Shown: piece after piece, positions 13,301 through 23,877 of the stretch
Numbering within the stretch: the stretch's first letter is position 1
Layout: each line of letters starts with the position of its first letter
Source of the DNA: Phoronis australis
Lineage: Eukaryota; Animalia; Phoronida
Assembly: GCA_002633005.1 (NCBI GenBank)
Contig: NMRA01000074.1
Span: forward strand, 959,097 to 1,023,096
Reading direction: 5' to 3'
Length of the DNA stretch: 64,000 nt
Translations under genes and position numbers: made by a program
Notes under the pieces: model-generated
Told to the model about the DNA's origin: nothing
Database searches by the model: none
What the model saw: the letters and a program-made list of their open reading frames with translations, nothing else

Positions 13301-14689
13301 TGTGTGGTACCCTAACATGGACTCAGAGATTGAACGTGTCGTCCGTGGTTGATCGTCATGCTGTCAGAGTAGGAAAGCCCCAGCGAATGCACCGCTGCAC
13401 CCTTGGGTCTTCCCAGGTGAGCCTTGGGAACGACTGCACATAGACTATGCCGGTCCATTTGAAGGGAAAATGCTGTTGATTATTATTGAATCTAAGTCAA
13501 AATGGATCGATGTTCACATAACTCATTCAACTTCAACTAGTGCTACCATTGATGGATTGCGGAAATCNGCACATAGACTATGCCGGTCCATTTGAAGGGA
13601 AAATGCTGTTGATTATTATTGACTCTAAGTCAAAATGGATCGATATTCACATAACTCATTCGACTTCAACTAGTGCTACCACTGATGGATTGCGGAAATC
13701 TTTCGCGGACAGGGGAGTTCCCCGTGTCATAGTCAGTGATAATGGTACGTGTTTCACCAGTCGTGAATTCAAGGACTTCTTAAACAGTAATACTGCTAAG
13801 CATACCCTTGTTTCTCCATACCATCCGTCGTCCAATGGTAAGGCTGAGAAAGCTGTTCAGACTGTGAAGGAAGGACTCAAGAAAGTCAGTGGTAAAACAC
13901 TGAGTGAGCGTGTGTCAAAGTTTTTGATGTGGTACCGGTTAACGCCACAAACAACTACGGTGAACCGCCGTGCGAGATACTTTATTCTCGGAAGATCAGA
14001 TCACGTTTGGCCTGCGGCCTAATTTGAATGCAAAAGTGGCGGAAAACCAAATGGATCAAAAGAGCCAGCATGATAAGTCTACTCGATTGCGAACATTCGA
14101 TGTTGGTGACAAAGTTTTGGTAAAAAATCATGCTTCAGGTGATGCAAAATGGTTGTTCGGAACAGTTACTGATCAGAGTGGTCCAGTTACGTTTTTGATT
14201 GAGCTGGATGATGGACGTGTCATGAAGCGCCATGTTGATCATATTGTTCATAGCATTAAAGCAGATCATGAACTGAAATCACATTCATTGATTAGTGCTG
14301 ACTCTAAGGATTTTGTGTTTGTAACAGACACTAGTGTTAATAATTCTGTTCATAAACCTTCAGATCAGGGTATCGTGCCAGATATGAACAATATACCGCC
14401 AACCGGGACACCAGTTGTTCGTCGCTCACAACGGAATGTGAAGCCGGCTCCTGATAGACTTGACTTATAGAACACTTTGACTTTTGTGTTTAGTGTGTAA
14501 CTCATAAGTAGAGTTAAGTTTAGACTTAGGAAGGGAGGGATGCAGTATCTTGGTTGCGTTTACTGTACTTGTTCGACACTTGGCGTCTCTGGTGTGGTGT
14601 AGCTAAGCATGTTGGGTAATAAAAACATGGTTGTTGTCAGAAGTGGCTAGTTTTCTCTCTGACTTCAGTTTACTAACCAAGTTACCGCA
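10323..14689 (+). mobile_element. Full-length but decayed Ty3/Gypsy LTR retrotransposon (Mag/K02A2.6-like)
   Basis: LTRs 10323-10466 and 14541-14689 (TG...CA; 5 substitutions and a 5-bp indel by eye). 5-bp TSD AACAG at 10318-10322 and 14690-14694. PBS TGGCGACGAGGAT at 10474-10486, complementary to the tRNA-Ser(GCT) 3' end as I recall it. PPT AGGAAGGGAGGGA at 14528-14540. Domain order is gag (WQSYVERLEFYFVAN; CCHC knuckle), protease (LDTGS), RT (YLDD), RNase H, integrase (HHCC, DDE), ending RRSQRNVKPAPDRLDL. Multiple stops and frameshifts. Confidence 0.96.
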
Positions 14690-14711
14690 AACAGACTGTC
14701 GTATATTTAGT

Positions 14712-14712
<1 letters not shown>

Positions 14713-14749
<37 letters not shown>
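14713..14749. repeat. (TA)n microsatellite ending at a single-N join
   Basis: Read directly from the sequence. Confidence 0.9.
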
Positions 14750-14750
14750 N

Positions 14751-14986
14751 TCCTGATAGACTTGACTTGTAGAGCACTTTGACTCTTGTGTTTAGTGTGT
14801 AACTCATAAGTAGAGTTAAGTTTAGATTTAGGAAGGGAGGGATGCAGTATCTTGATTGCGTCTAGTGTACTTGTTCGACACTTGGTGTCTCTGGTGTGGT
14901 GTAGCTAAGGATGTTGGGTAATAAAAACATGGTTGTTGTCAGACGTGACTAGTTTTCTCTCTGACTTTACTAACCAAGTTACAGCA
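14751..14986 (+). mobile_element. 3' end (pol tail, PPT, LTR) of a second copy of the same Gypsy family
   Basis: Near-identical to ~14450-14689, starts right after N14750, LTR at 14843-14986, followed by a different flank (GCATT). Confidence 0.85.
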
Positions 14987-15842
14987 GCATTATAAGTTGT
15001 GATGGATCTGTTGATTATAATGTGATGGATCTGTGTGATTTATTGTGGTGATGGATCATTGATTTACTTGTGTTGCGTGTATATCAACCTTTGAAGACAA
15101 GTCAAGATCAAAGAACGTTTCTATGGACTAGTGCGTAAAAACTGTTTTTTGTTCGCAGACATTACATGACTTTAATTTACGAACACTAGATTTTTGATCG
15201 TTTATTCCATATTTTTGGTGTGTGTTTACATTTTAGCGTGACTGTGTTCTTTAGAAACACTGTCTTTGATAGGCCAAGTAGCCTTAGTTGACAGTGGGTA
15301 TCAAGAATGCCATTTAGTAGTAAGTTTGTAAACATATGATGCAATTTAGTTAGTTGTATAATTACTTCGTAATTAAGGAATCTGAGTGTTACATTCGTTT
15401 ATTACTTTAGTTTTTGTGGAAGTCGCTAGGTGTCGCACCAAGTTGTGCGCACGCGTAGCTCGCCCATCCTGGCCTGGACATTTTGTAAAAAGATCACATT
15501 TTTTGTTTCGCTCCTATAGGATATATTTGTCAATCACAACCTCGTGACAATATAGTAGCCAGGAAAGAGAATCGGTTTATTTTTTGTCTTGTGCATTGCC
15601 ATTCCTTTCAATTAATACTTCTAATACTACCGTACTCGTTCGGCCCACTCCTGAAATTTTCAATTTTTCATTTTTAAGCGCCCATGCTCTGCTTAACGCC
15701 CACCCCCAATTTTTCATGATCGAGACTTTCTTAAAAGTGTCTGTGCTTCTGTGAAAGTTTGTCTCTGAAAACTAAGATTCCAAAACGTGCGCACATCACT
15801 TACCTTTTAGTGACAATCAATCAGTTTTAGCGATACCGGGAN

Positions 15843-15918
15843 ATGTTGGGTAATAAAAACATGGTTGTTGTCAGACGTGACTAGTTTTCTCTCTGACTTT
15901 ACTAACCAAGTTACAGCA
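15843..15918 (+). mobile_element. Partial LTR of the same Gypsy family
   Basis: ATGTTGGGTAATAAAAAC...CCAAGTTACAGCA directly after N15842, with a third distinct flank (CTTGT). Confidence 0.85.
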
Positions 15919-18058
15919 CTTGTACAATGTACCAAAATGTCCCAGGGTGGATTAAGTTTTGTAAAGCCAAGGCAATGAAATAGAGAGAGATAATTGATGC
16001 TGGGCTTGTAGCGTTTTACGTGAACAACCTCATTGAAAACGTCTGCACATCGGAGTTCGATGTAAAACACAACAATTTATTTCAATTGAAACTGAATTAA
16101 TAAACAATGCAATGCGTTTTTATGTTATCTAGATTAACTGTAAGCACTGTAGTTGATTTGTGTGGCCTTACTTCGTGCACTTCCGTCTAAACGAAACGGT
16201 CATGACTTTAGGGCCTCATTCAAAATGGCTGGCGATATGAGCGACTGTTTCACGGAGACAAACGAGGGTTAAGATTGGAGAAACACGCACATTTGTGATG
16301 GTTGATAGCAGTTGCTAACGGACATTGGGTAGTATGACAATCGGCTGCTTTTTGTGCTTACATTAATGACTTCAGGTCACCGGAGTCTACCCAGTTTCGG
16401 ATATAGGGGTGGGGGACAAGGGGGCCATGGCCCCCCTAAAATTCTTCCTGATTCCATTTGGCAGTTCAATGGTGCCAATGTGTGACGGGCAAAATCCTGG
16501 CTAATCTGCCCGGCCCACCCCCCCCCCAACTCATGTTATGTTTTTCTTACTGAAATAATCTTTCATGTGTGCAGCCAACCACCGGTAAAGGTAAGTGGCT
16601 CCATCTTCAAAATGTAGGGCCTTTGATGCCACAAAATGGTGTTGAATATCTGAATCATTCCCCTCTCAAAAATATTGGTAAAATAAACACAAAATTCCCC
16701 TCATCAGCAAAGTTACCCTCCTAGAGCTGCTGCCTACAAATCAAAGGAGACAGCAATGCTTTCTTGCTGACTTGACTTGGCTGTCGAAATCCTGAACAAG
16801 GCGTCCTTGCTAGTTTGTCTAAATTTGAGCAAGGTTACATTTGGATGCCCCAGACACTGTTTAGGCTCGTTTTAGCCAAAATAGCTAAAGCATCTGAACA
16901 TTTTTAGCCATTTTCAAAAATTATTAGTCAAATACCTTCTCATTTCCTAAACCCCACAATTGATAAAAGTACAATTACACGGACCGAACATTTTATTTTT
17001 TTTCATGTTATGTACAGGTCCTTTTCATAATGTACTATAAGATAAGACGTTTGCCTTGTGAAAAAACAAATGGTCAACATTCCATGGTCATATAGCAACC
17101 TAATAAGTTGGAGGGGATGTCCACCAACATGGGTTTCATTATGACCTAACAAGTTAGGGCAGAGGTTCCCCTATATCCGAGTCACTGCGTGGATACGCTG
17201 GCCACATGGGCATTTCATTGACTGTGGACCTAACAAAAAATGGGCAGGGATTCTCTCTGTCCCTGGGTTACGGCGGGGCTACGCCAGCCATGTGGCATTT
17301 TCGTGAGCAAGACATTTGCGTCCAAAAACGTCAAACATAAGTAGTGTCTAGCAAAATAAAGCTAAATTGTGCAGAGTAGATAATATAAAACTTATTAAGT
17401 AATGAACTGACGTTTACTTAATACTTTGCTTTCTTTTGGTCGCCGCCAGAATTCAAACATGTCCCAGACTCTCAATAACTTCTTACACTCGCGACATTTA
17501 GCGAGCCGACCAGGTATGACGTGTGACATATTTTTAATTAAAAATAGATGATAATACACTCGTTCTTCCTGGCGTCATCTGTGCCTTTTACTCCTTGAAA
17601 GGAAAACCTGTCAATGTCAAGTCTCGAACAATATTGGACACAACAAGTTATGCGCTGAAACTGGTTAAAGTTACTAGTAAATTGGGGGAGATTCGCGTAA
17701 TTTGAAAATAGTGATTTTACACCTTGAGCTCAAATTGCATGTTTGAGAGTTCAACTCTGGTGTATGGCGTTATCCCCTGGGTACATGTAATTAATGCCGT
17801 ATGACCGGCTCACTACAAGTGGCAGCACCTACACTTGATCTCGCTATAAAGCGAGAAATCGCATTTACCGAGACAGCCTACCCCCTACTGAGTTGAACAT
17901 TTCGTTGTGGTAAAAGAGTCATTTCAGGAGGAGGGACGGACTTGAAATGGAATTTTTTAGGACTCTGAATCGAATTAAAAATGTCATTTGGGGCGCGACT
18001 TGATTCGAGCCGACTGTGATTCGACACTTGTGTAGGTTTCCCGAAATTAATTGTCATA

Positions 18059-18185
18059 ATGAAGATGCGAGAGCATTCGCCAAATCGGCGAATGGACTTG
18101 GCTCTGGCATAGCCAGTGCTGCTCAGAATTGGCCAATGGCGAGCGACTAGCTGGAGCCCTGTCTCTAGATGACTGCCTGGTCTGA
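18059..18185 (+). ncRNA. Candidate intronic box C/D snoRNA, family unidentified
   Basis: Box C variant ATGAAGA at 18059, box D CTGA at 18182, internal hairpin CATTCGCC-aaatc-GGCGAATG. Ends about 60 nt before the acceptor at 18245. Confidence 0.35.
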
Positions 18186-18244
18186 TACTGTCCTATATGT
18201 TGACCATTACATTCACTAAGTCTGCGAATGTTTCCTTGTTGCAG

Positions 18245-21200
18245 GCAAAAGAAGACGAGGTCGAAAATCCTGACATCCATTTTGAGCCCATTGTGAATTT
18301 GAAAGAAGTCGAAGTGAATTGTATGGAGGATGATGAAGAGGAATTGATTAAGCTGTAAGTGTAGCAGCGTGTTTACTGCATGAAGGCAAAAATACCAAAA
18401 ACTGTAATAATCGGGGATTGGAGTTTCCTCTTTTAAGAGGACTTTCTCATTACTTGGCGAAATTATGTTGCTCTTCCATCAAGTTTGTTCTTTTTTGTTC
18501 GCACGATAAAAGTCGCAATTTTCGTCCAATCATCACAAAATTTACGCATAACACGTAGTTTCGGAAGTACTGGAAGCCTATTGTTTTTCGTCATAATCGG
18601 ATCCAAGATGGCGGATGTGGTGGCCATTTTGTTTTCATTTTGTGATTCAAATGCTTCTGGAGGCTACAATTTGTTACATACATGGTTGAAACTCGGCACA
18701 ACTATTGGACTGGACGTGCGCTACAAGTATATCAAAATTGTTCACTTCTGGTTAAAGATGGCGGAAATATCGGCAATCGCGCATGCGCACCTTGTTTTCG
18801 GGAAAAAAATGTTTTTTTCCTGCAGAGGGCACATTATAGGGCCAATACCTTCGAATTTTTGCACATATTAGTTTCTTATGACATTCTATTATACAAATTC
18901 AAAAAAGTGGAAGTTGCTGTCAAGATGGCGGATCCGGCTCATGTTGACCTTTTTAGGACTCGGAATCGAATTAAAAATTGTTGTTTGCGGCGCGACTTGA
19001 TTCGAGCTGGCTGTGATTCGACACTTGAGTAGGTTTCTCCTTGTGCCAGAGACCTGCTCATCCCAAGTTTTTTTCTCTATGCTTGACCAGTGCTGAAGAT
19101 GCTCGTTGGAAAACAGTATGGATTGACAAATTCATCTTTAATATTTCAGACGTTCAAAGCTGTTCAGGTATGACTCGAGTGCTGATCCAGCCGAATGGAA
19201 GGAGAGAGGTGTTGGCAACGTGAGAATTCTGAAACACAAAACAAAGGGGACATGTCGGATACTTATGAGGAGGGATAAGACTTTGAAACTGTGTGCCAAT
19301 CATTGTGGTAATTAATCCGATGATTAAGTGGAGTGTCGCAACTGTTTCTTTATGAGAATGCTTTAAAACTATCAGTAGTGCACTGTGCAGCTTCATCTTT
19401 AAAAGTCCGTTTTGTTATCTGTGTTCACGTTCTTCGTGTAACAGTGCGCCCAGTCTGCTCCTCATTGAGCACTTGGTGACAGGCGGATTGTAGTTGGTGG
19501 ATTGTTTCCTTAGCCAATATGCAGTTATATTCGTGGACTGCCCCTTTGCTCCATTAGCGCATTGTAGCAGTGTGCCCCCGAGCACATCTTTTAAGAAGCA
19601 GTACTCTCTTTTGTATGTTACCACTTTAATTACACTAAGTCTGCTGAGAACAACGTTTTGAAAAAAAGGTTAACTTTTTATCATCAGGTGCACCCAAAGG
19701 CCACAGGTTCAAATGTGGTCAAAAATATCCCAAGCCAGTATGCCTGCAAACGGGCTGTAACTTGTATGTTGAGTACCAATGCAGAATGTAATTTGCATCT
19801 GAACTTCTCTTTTATCATTGGGCAATTGCAATTCCTTTGTGAAGGACTGGCCAATGAAAGACGTGCTTACTTGGCTTTGCATGGTTGGATATCTGCTTTC
19901 AAAAAGATGTCGAGAGTGAAATTTTGGAGATGAATATTCCGAGGCATAAAAAAATAAGAAAAAGAATTCACCGCGTTTTGTCATGTTGGCTGGAGCACTG
20001 AGCACCCGGGTGCCTACAAAATGGGCATGGATCGCAGACCTGTGTACCATACACAAAAAATGCGGATTCGTATAGAAATCCAGCCTTCAGTACGCATGTA
20101 CGCATGGCTAGGCAAAAATATGCAAATTCAAAAAAGATTATTAATTCGCTTGCTTCTTGCAGATTTGTAGTCTATACAGACGAGGAAGTAGATTTTAAAG
20201 TTAGAAATGAAAAAAACATATTGTAAAATCATTATTTTAGCCAAAAAGTTGAGCTACAAACTTGGAAAACTTCCTTGTTTCATTCTCGAAATAGCCTGAT
20301 AATCGACAACTCGCTAGGCCTCTTCTATCGGCATGTGTTTCACAGGCCTAACCTGTAAGCAACGACTTCTGTGTTTTGTGGATTGCTTACTTCGTCTAAT
20401 TCCGGCTATTTACGGCTAAATGCGTACTGTTGTCAAAATGGCAAAGCACGTGTCGTCGCATATTCCGTGCTGTGAAGAAAGTAGGTTCTGAAAGAAGGAA
20501 CGAGCCACAGAGTCCAGCCTAGACTCAAGCCTCGACTCGAGGTATTTTCGCATGCTGTATGGTGGTATGTGATCAGAGACACTTGCAATGAATAATTATT
20601 CAAAACTTTTGTGAATGGTTAATATCGATGCAAAACATTGTCTAGTGCAGATTCATCAACACATTTTTGCAGACATGTTTTTGTGTTAGGAAATGAGGTG
20701 TACATGAGGCATGTATTAACATAACTAAGTTCAGTGAGGACATTGGATTAGCAGGATCTTTTCACTATGCGCGTTGTCCCCCAACTAAACAACTTAAATT
20801 ATTCTGAAAATTGGTGATCAATTCACTACGTGTGTTTGAGAGGCAAGTAAGTAGGAAAAATACCTATACGCGTACCCAGGGGGGGTTGAATGAGTCCCAA
20901 AACCGAAAGTCTTAGGGAAGAAGATAAAAGTCCTCTCAAAGCTGCTCTGAACGCTAAGCACAGCCCCCCCCCCCCCTTTTTTTGTTAGTCGGTCAGATAG
21001 TGAAAGGTAAATTTGGTCTGTACATGGGAATCCGCGAATTTACTGGAAAATCTGCAAATGTTGCGTTCAGAGTACTCCACTGCAGTTTGGGTGGTACACA
21101 GGTCTGGGTTCAGGAGTTACAGAATATCCAGGTGTGACATGCGTGATATCTTGAAATTAACCATGCCAACGGCAAAAGCCAAAAAAAGATCGGAGTAACA

Positions 21201-23877
21201 AGCTGTTGCTTTTTTGTTTTTGTAACCTGCTTTGAAATTGAGAGTTGTTGTCTTGGGGAGTATCACACTATGTTAACTTGAACCTGAAAGTGTTGAAAAT
21301 CGTACAATTTTTCACGTGTAAATATGTCTTTTTGACGTAAAGGTTACAGATTTTGTTCTTATTGGGTTGGCAGCCGTGTATCTGTGAATTAATAACGGTG
21401 AATGCACTGTGCTGCTGAGTGATGTGTTGGGTTGTATTGTTGTGCCAACTTACATGATGAGATTTGTGACGGGCGGACTGAGGTCATCGTACAAATGACA
21501 TTATCATGTTGAACGTCACTCCTCTGACTACATGCACCTTAAGTTGTATATTTTTGATGTGCCAGTTCAGATATGTAGAGCTATAAGTTTGTCCAATTAC
21601 TGCCATCTTTGAGTAAAACTGATGTGGGGTGGAGCTGTACTTTTGTGCCTTTTTTCAAAATCAGCTGCTGTGAAAGGGAATATAGAATATAGTACGCACA
21701 ATGAATAGTTGTAACAGGGAGTCTTTTGAGTTCTCGTCTTAAGTATCACTGTAACTTGCCAGCTCTTGGCAACGGATGGCTCAAAAGATCCGAAATATTT
21801 CCTTGTAACCTTGTCTTAATTTCTTCTGTTATGGCCCATCGTCAGTTGGACATGTCAAATCTTTGTTTAGCACTTCCTCATTTGCTGCATATTATTGAGT
21901 TGCTGCTGTCTGTTGCAGTCACTGCCGACATCAAGTTAAAACCTAACTGTGGTAGCGACCGAGCTTGGGTGTGGAGCACACCGTGCGACTTTGCAGATGA
22001 AGAGCCCAAGCCAGAGCTGTTGGCCATTAGATTTGCAAATGCTGAAAGTGAGTAGCCTGACGAGTCTCCACCAGTGGTTGGCATCATTCTCAGGTTGTGG
22101 GTGATGCGCGGAAATTCTGAATGATTTCAATGAACACCAGTTTTTTTATTCGATTCTGCGGTATTTTACACACGTTTGTACACATCGGTAGAGCACCATA
22201 GTTGTACATTGCTGATGTGTTTAAGTTATGTATGACCCCAGAAAAAAAAGACCAAATGTGGCTAAGATCCGTAGTATCGCGTATTAGGCTTTATGCACTG
22301 TCATCAAAACGAGATTATGTTTTATTTTCGAATTTATCCACTTTTGGTTGAAGCGCTGTCAAAAATAGGACTTGCATCTTGATCGTTTGTATCCAACAAA
22401 ATTTGGTCATGTTTTGCTTCGATTGTATCTCTCTTGCTAAATTTTATAAAAAATGTGACCAAATTAATGGCAGATTGGTATCAAGTTAAACATAAAATTT
22501 TACAGACTTTGTGCTTTCAGAAATATATAATTTTTGGTGAATGGTGTTTATAGATATTTGACTGAAAGGGCCTACATAACCTTATTCATTATTTCAAAAT
22601 TGTTACATTTGCCAAAAAATTTTACTGTTGCATAGTGAGTTGAAATGCTGTTGTGAAAAAGGTTAAATGATTAGTTGGGATGCGATAAGTCGTCCTTCAC
22701 TTGTCCTACTCTATGCGAACATGTTTATTGGGGCTGACAATACAATGGGTTTCCAATTCTGAAAAAGAGGATTGAATAGAATTTGGGATATGCAAATTCG
22801 ATTTGCTCCAGTTTTGTAATTGGAGAGTAATTCAGAATTTATTTTACGTTTTATGTCTTTGCCATGCATGAAATGTTGCTTTACCACTGTGTGACAAAGG
22901 TTAAGTAAAAATAAGCTAGCTGTTTATATTAACTTTGCTTGCTTTTTTATAGATGCCCAAAAATTTAAAAAAGCCCTTGAGGACGCTCAGGAATCTATTG
23001 CTAAATTACCAAAGTCACCAGGTAAGTAAACTTTGTGTCCACAAAAATGCTGCTCACAGTCTTATTGTACAATATGAAGTGCGTGCAGTCTGTAGAATTA
23101 GATGATGAAATTTGTGACGGGCGGACTGAAGTCATCGTACAAATGACCTCTTCTTGTTGAACGTCACTCTTCTGATCCATTCTGACAGTTTTGTTTACAT
23201 CTTGTGAGTTGGGTTTGCAGATTATTTATTGGCGTTTAAAGTGCCTGTACAAGTCTTTCAACGATGCAAATTACTTTACACATACAATGCACTATTGATC
23301 GCATGGGGCCGTATGTTGGGTATTCCAGTTGCTTGTGTCTCACAGAATATGCGGTTGCCTGTATTATCAATGTGGCTGTTGGACTGATTAGGCATGTGAC
23401 ACATCAGCTGATTGTTCTTATGAAGCTGGCTGCAGCGAGAGTCCTGTGTCGTTGGCAGCACCGCGTATGGTAAGCTGTGTCCTGCACAACGGCTTTGTTT
23501 AGATTGGGAACATGGCAGTGAAATGTTGACCTCTTTCTGCTTTAGCAGAAGGACAAGCACATGTCATTTTGGAAATTGAGGTAACGTGATCTGATGAGAT
23601 CCCAAAAGGTAGTGTTTATGTTTATGACATTCCAGGTAAAGGTGATTCAGACGCTTCAGCCGTTGCCGAGACGACAGAGGAAAGCAAAAGCACAGAAAGA
23701 GTACAATCGGGAGGGGATGCCAAGAGCCCTTGTAAGGAGAATGGCAGCGCAAGCCTAGAGGGGGACAAGGAAGACTCAACCACGGACTCTGTCGCTGACA
23801 AACTGGGTGCTCTTAAGGTGGAGGAAACAAAATCCGTTGAAGATGAAGGCTCAGCGTCTCCAGAAGCAGAAAGATAG
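18245..23877 (+). CDS. RANBP1: Ran-specific GTPase-activating protein / Ran-binding protein 1 (start exon unresolved)
   Basis: Exons: 18245-18354 ([37 protein letters not shown]), 19150-19307 (RSKLFRY...[16 protein letters not shown]...[14 protein letters not shown]), 21919-22047 ([12 protein letters not shown]...[20 protein letters not shown]), 22953-23021 ([13 protein letters not shown]...), and 23636 (or 23651)-23877 (NES-like [12 protein letters not shown], stop TAG). All introns are GT-AG and phases are consistent. Candidate AATAAA at 24869. Confidence 0.95.
18410..19040. repeat. Intronic interspersed repeat, possibly HINE-like
   Basis: Begins with the inverted repeat TCCTCTTTTAAGAGGA. 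Its last ~85 bp (18951-19037) recur at 17956-18040, and a similar head occurs at ~62702. Confidence 0.45.
20035..21106. mobile_element. Non-autonomous DNA transposon (hAT-like termini) in a RANBP1 intron
   Basis: Perfect 15-bp TIRs CAGACCTGTGTACCA / TGGTACACAGGTCTG. No clear TSD. Confidence 0.55.
21454..21527 (+). ncRNA. SNORD43: Box C/D snoRNA, SNORD43/U43 (snR70) family, copy 1
   Basis: Box C ATGATGA, guide TGACGGGCGG-A before D' CTGA, box D CTGA at 21524, external stem CAACTTA/TAAGTTG. The guide is complementary to 18S CCGCCCGUC, and the D'+5 rule selects the conserved decoding-centre Cm (human C1703 / yeast C1639 from memory). Confidence 0.88.
23102..23175 (+). ncRNA. SNORD43: Box C/D snoRNA, SNORD43/U43 family, copy 2
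   Basis: Paralog of 21454-21527 with identical boxes and D' guide while flanks are unrelated. Flanking stem AGAAT/ATTCT. Confidence 0.88.

Noticed and set aside
13437-13700. Apparent tandem duplication of the integrase segment HIDYAGPFEGKMLLII
   Set aside because: The two near-identical copies meet exactly at N13568, which is typical of an unmerged contig overlap rather than biology.
21462-21477. rRNA fragment or bacterial contamination (GTGACGGGCGG is antisense to SSU rRNA)
   Set aside because: Only ~11 nt match, framed by C and D' boxes and repeated in a paralog; this is a snoRNA guide.
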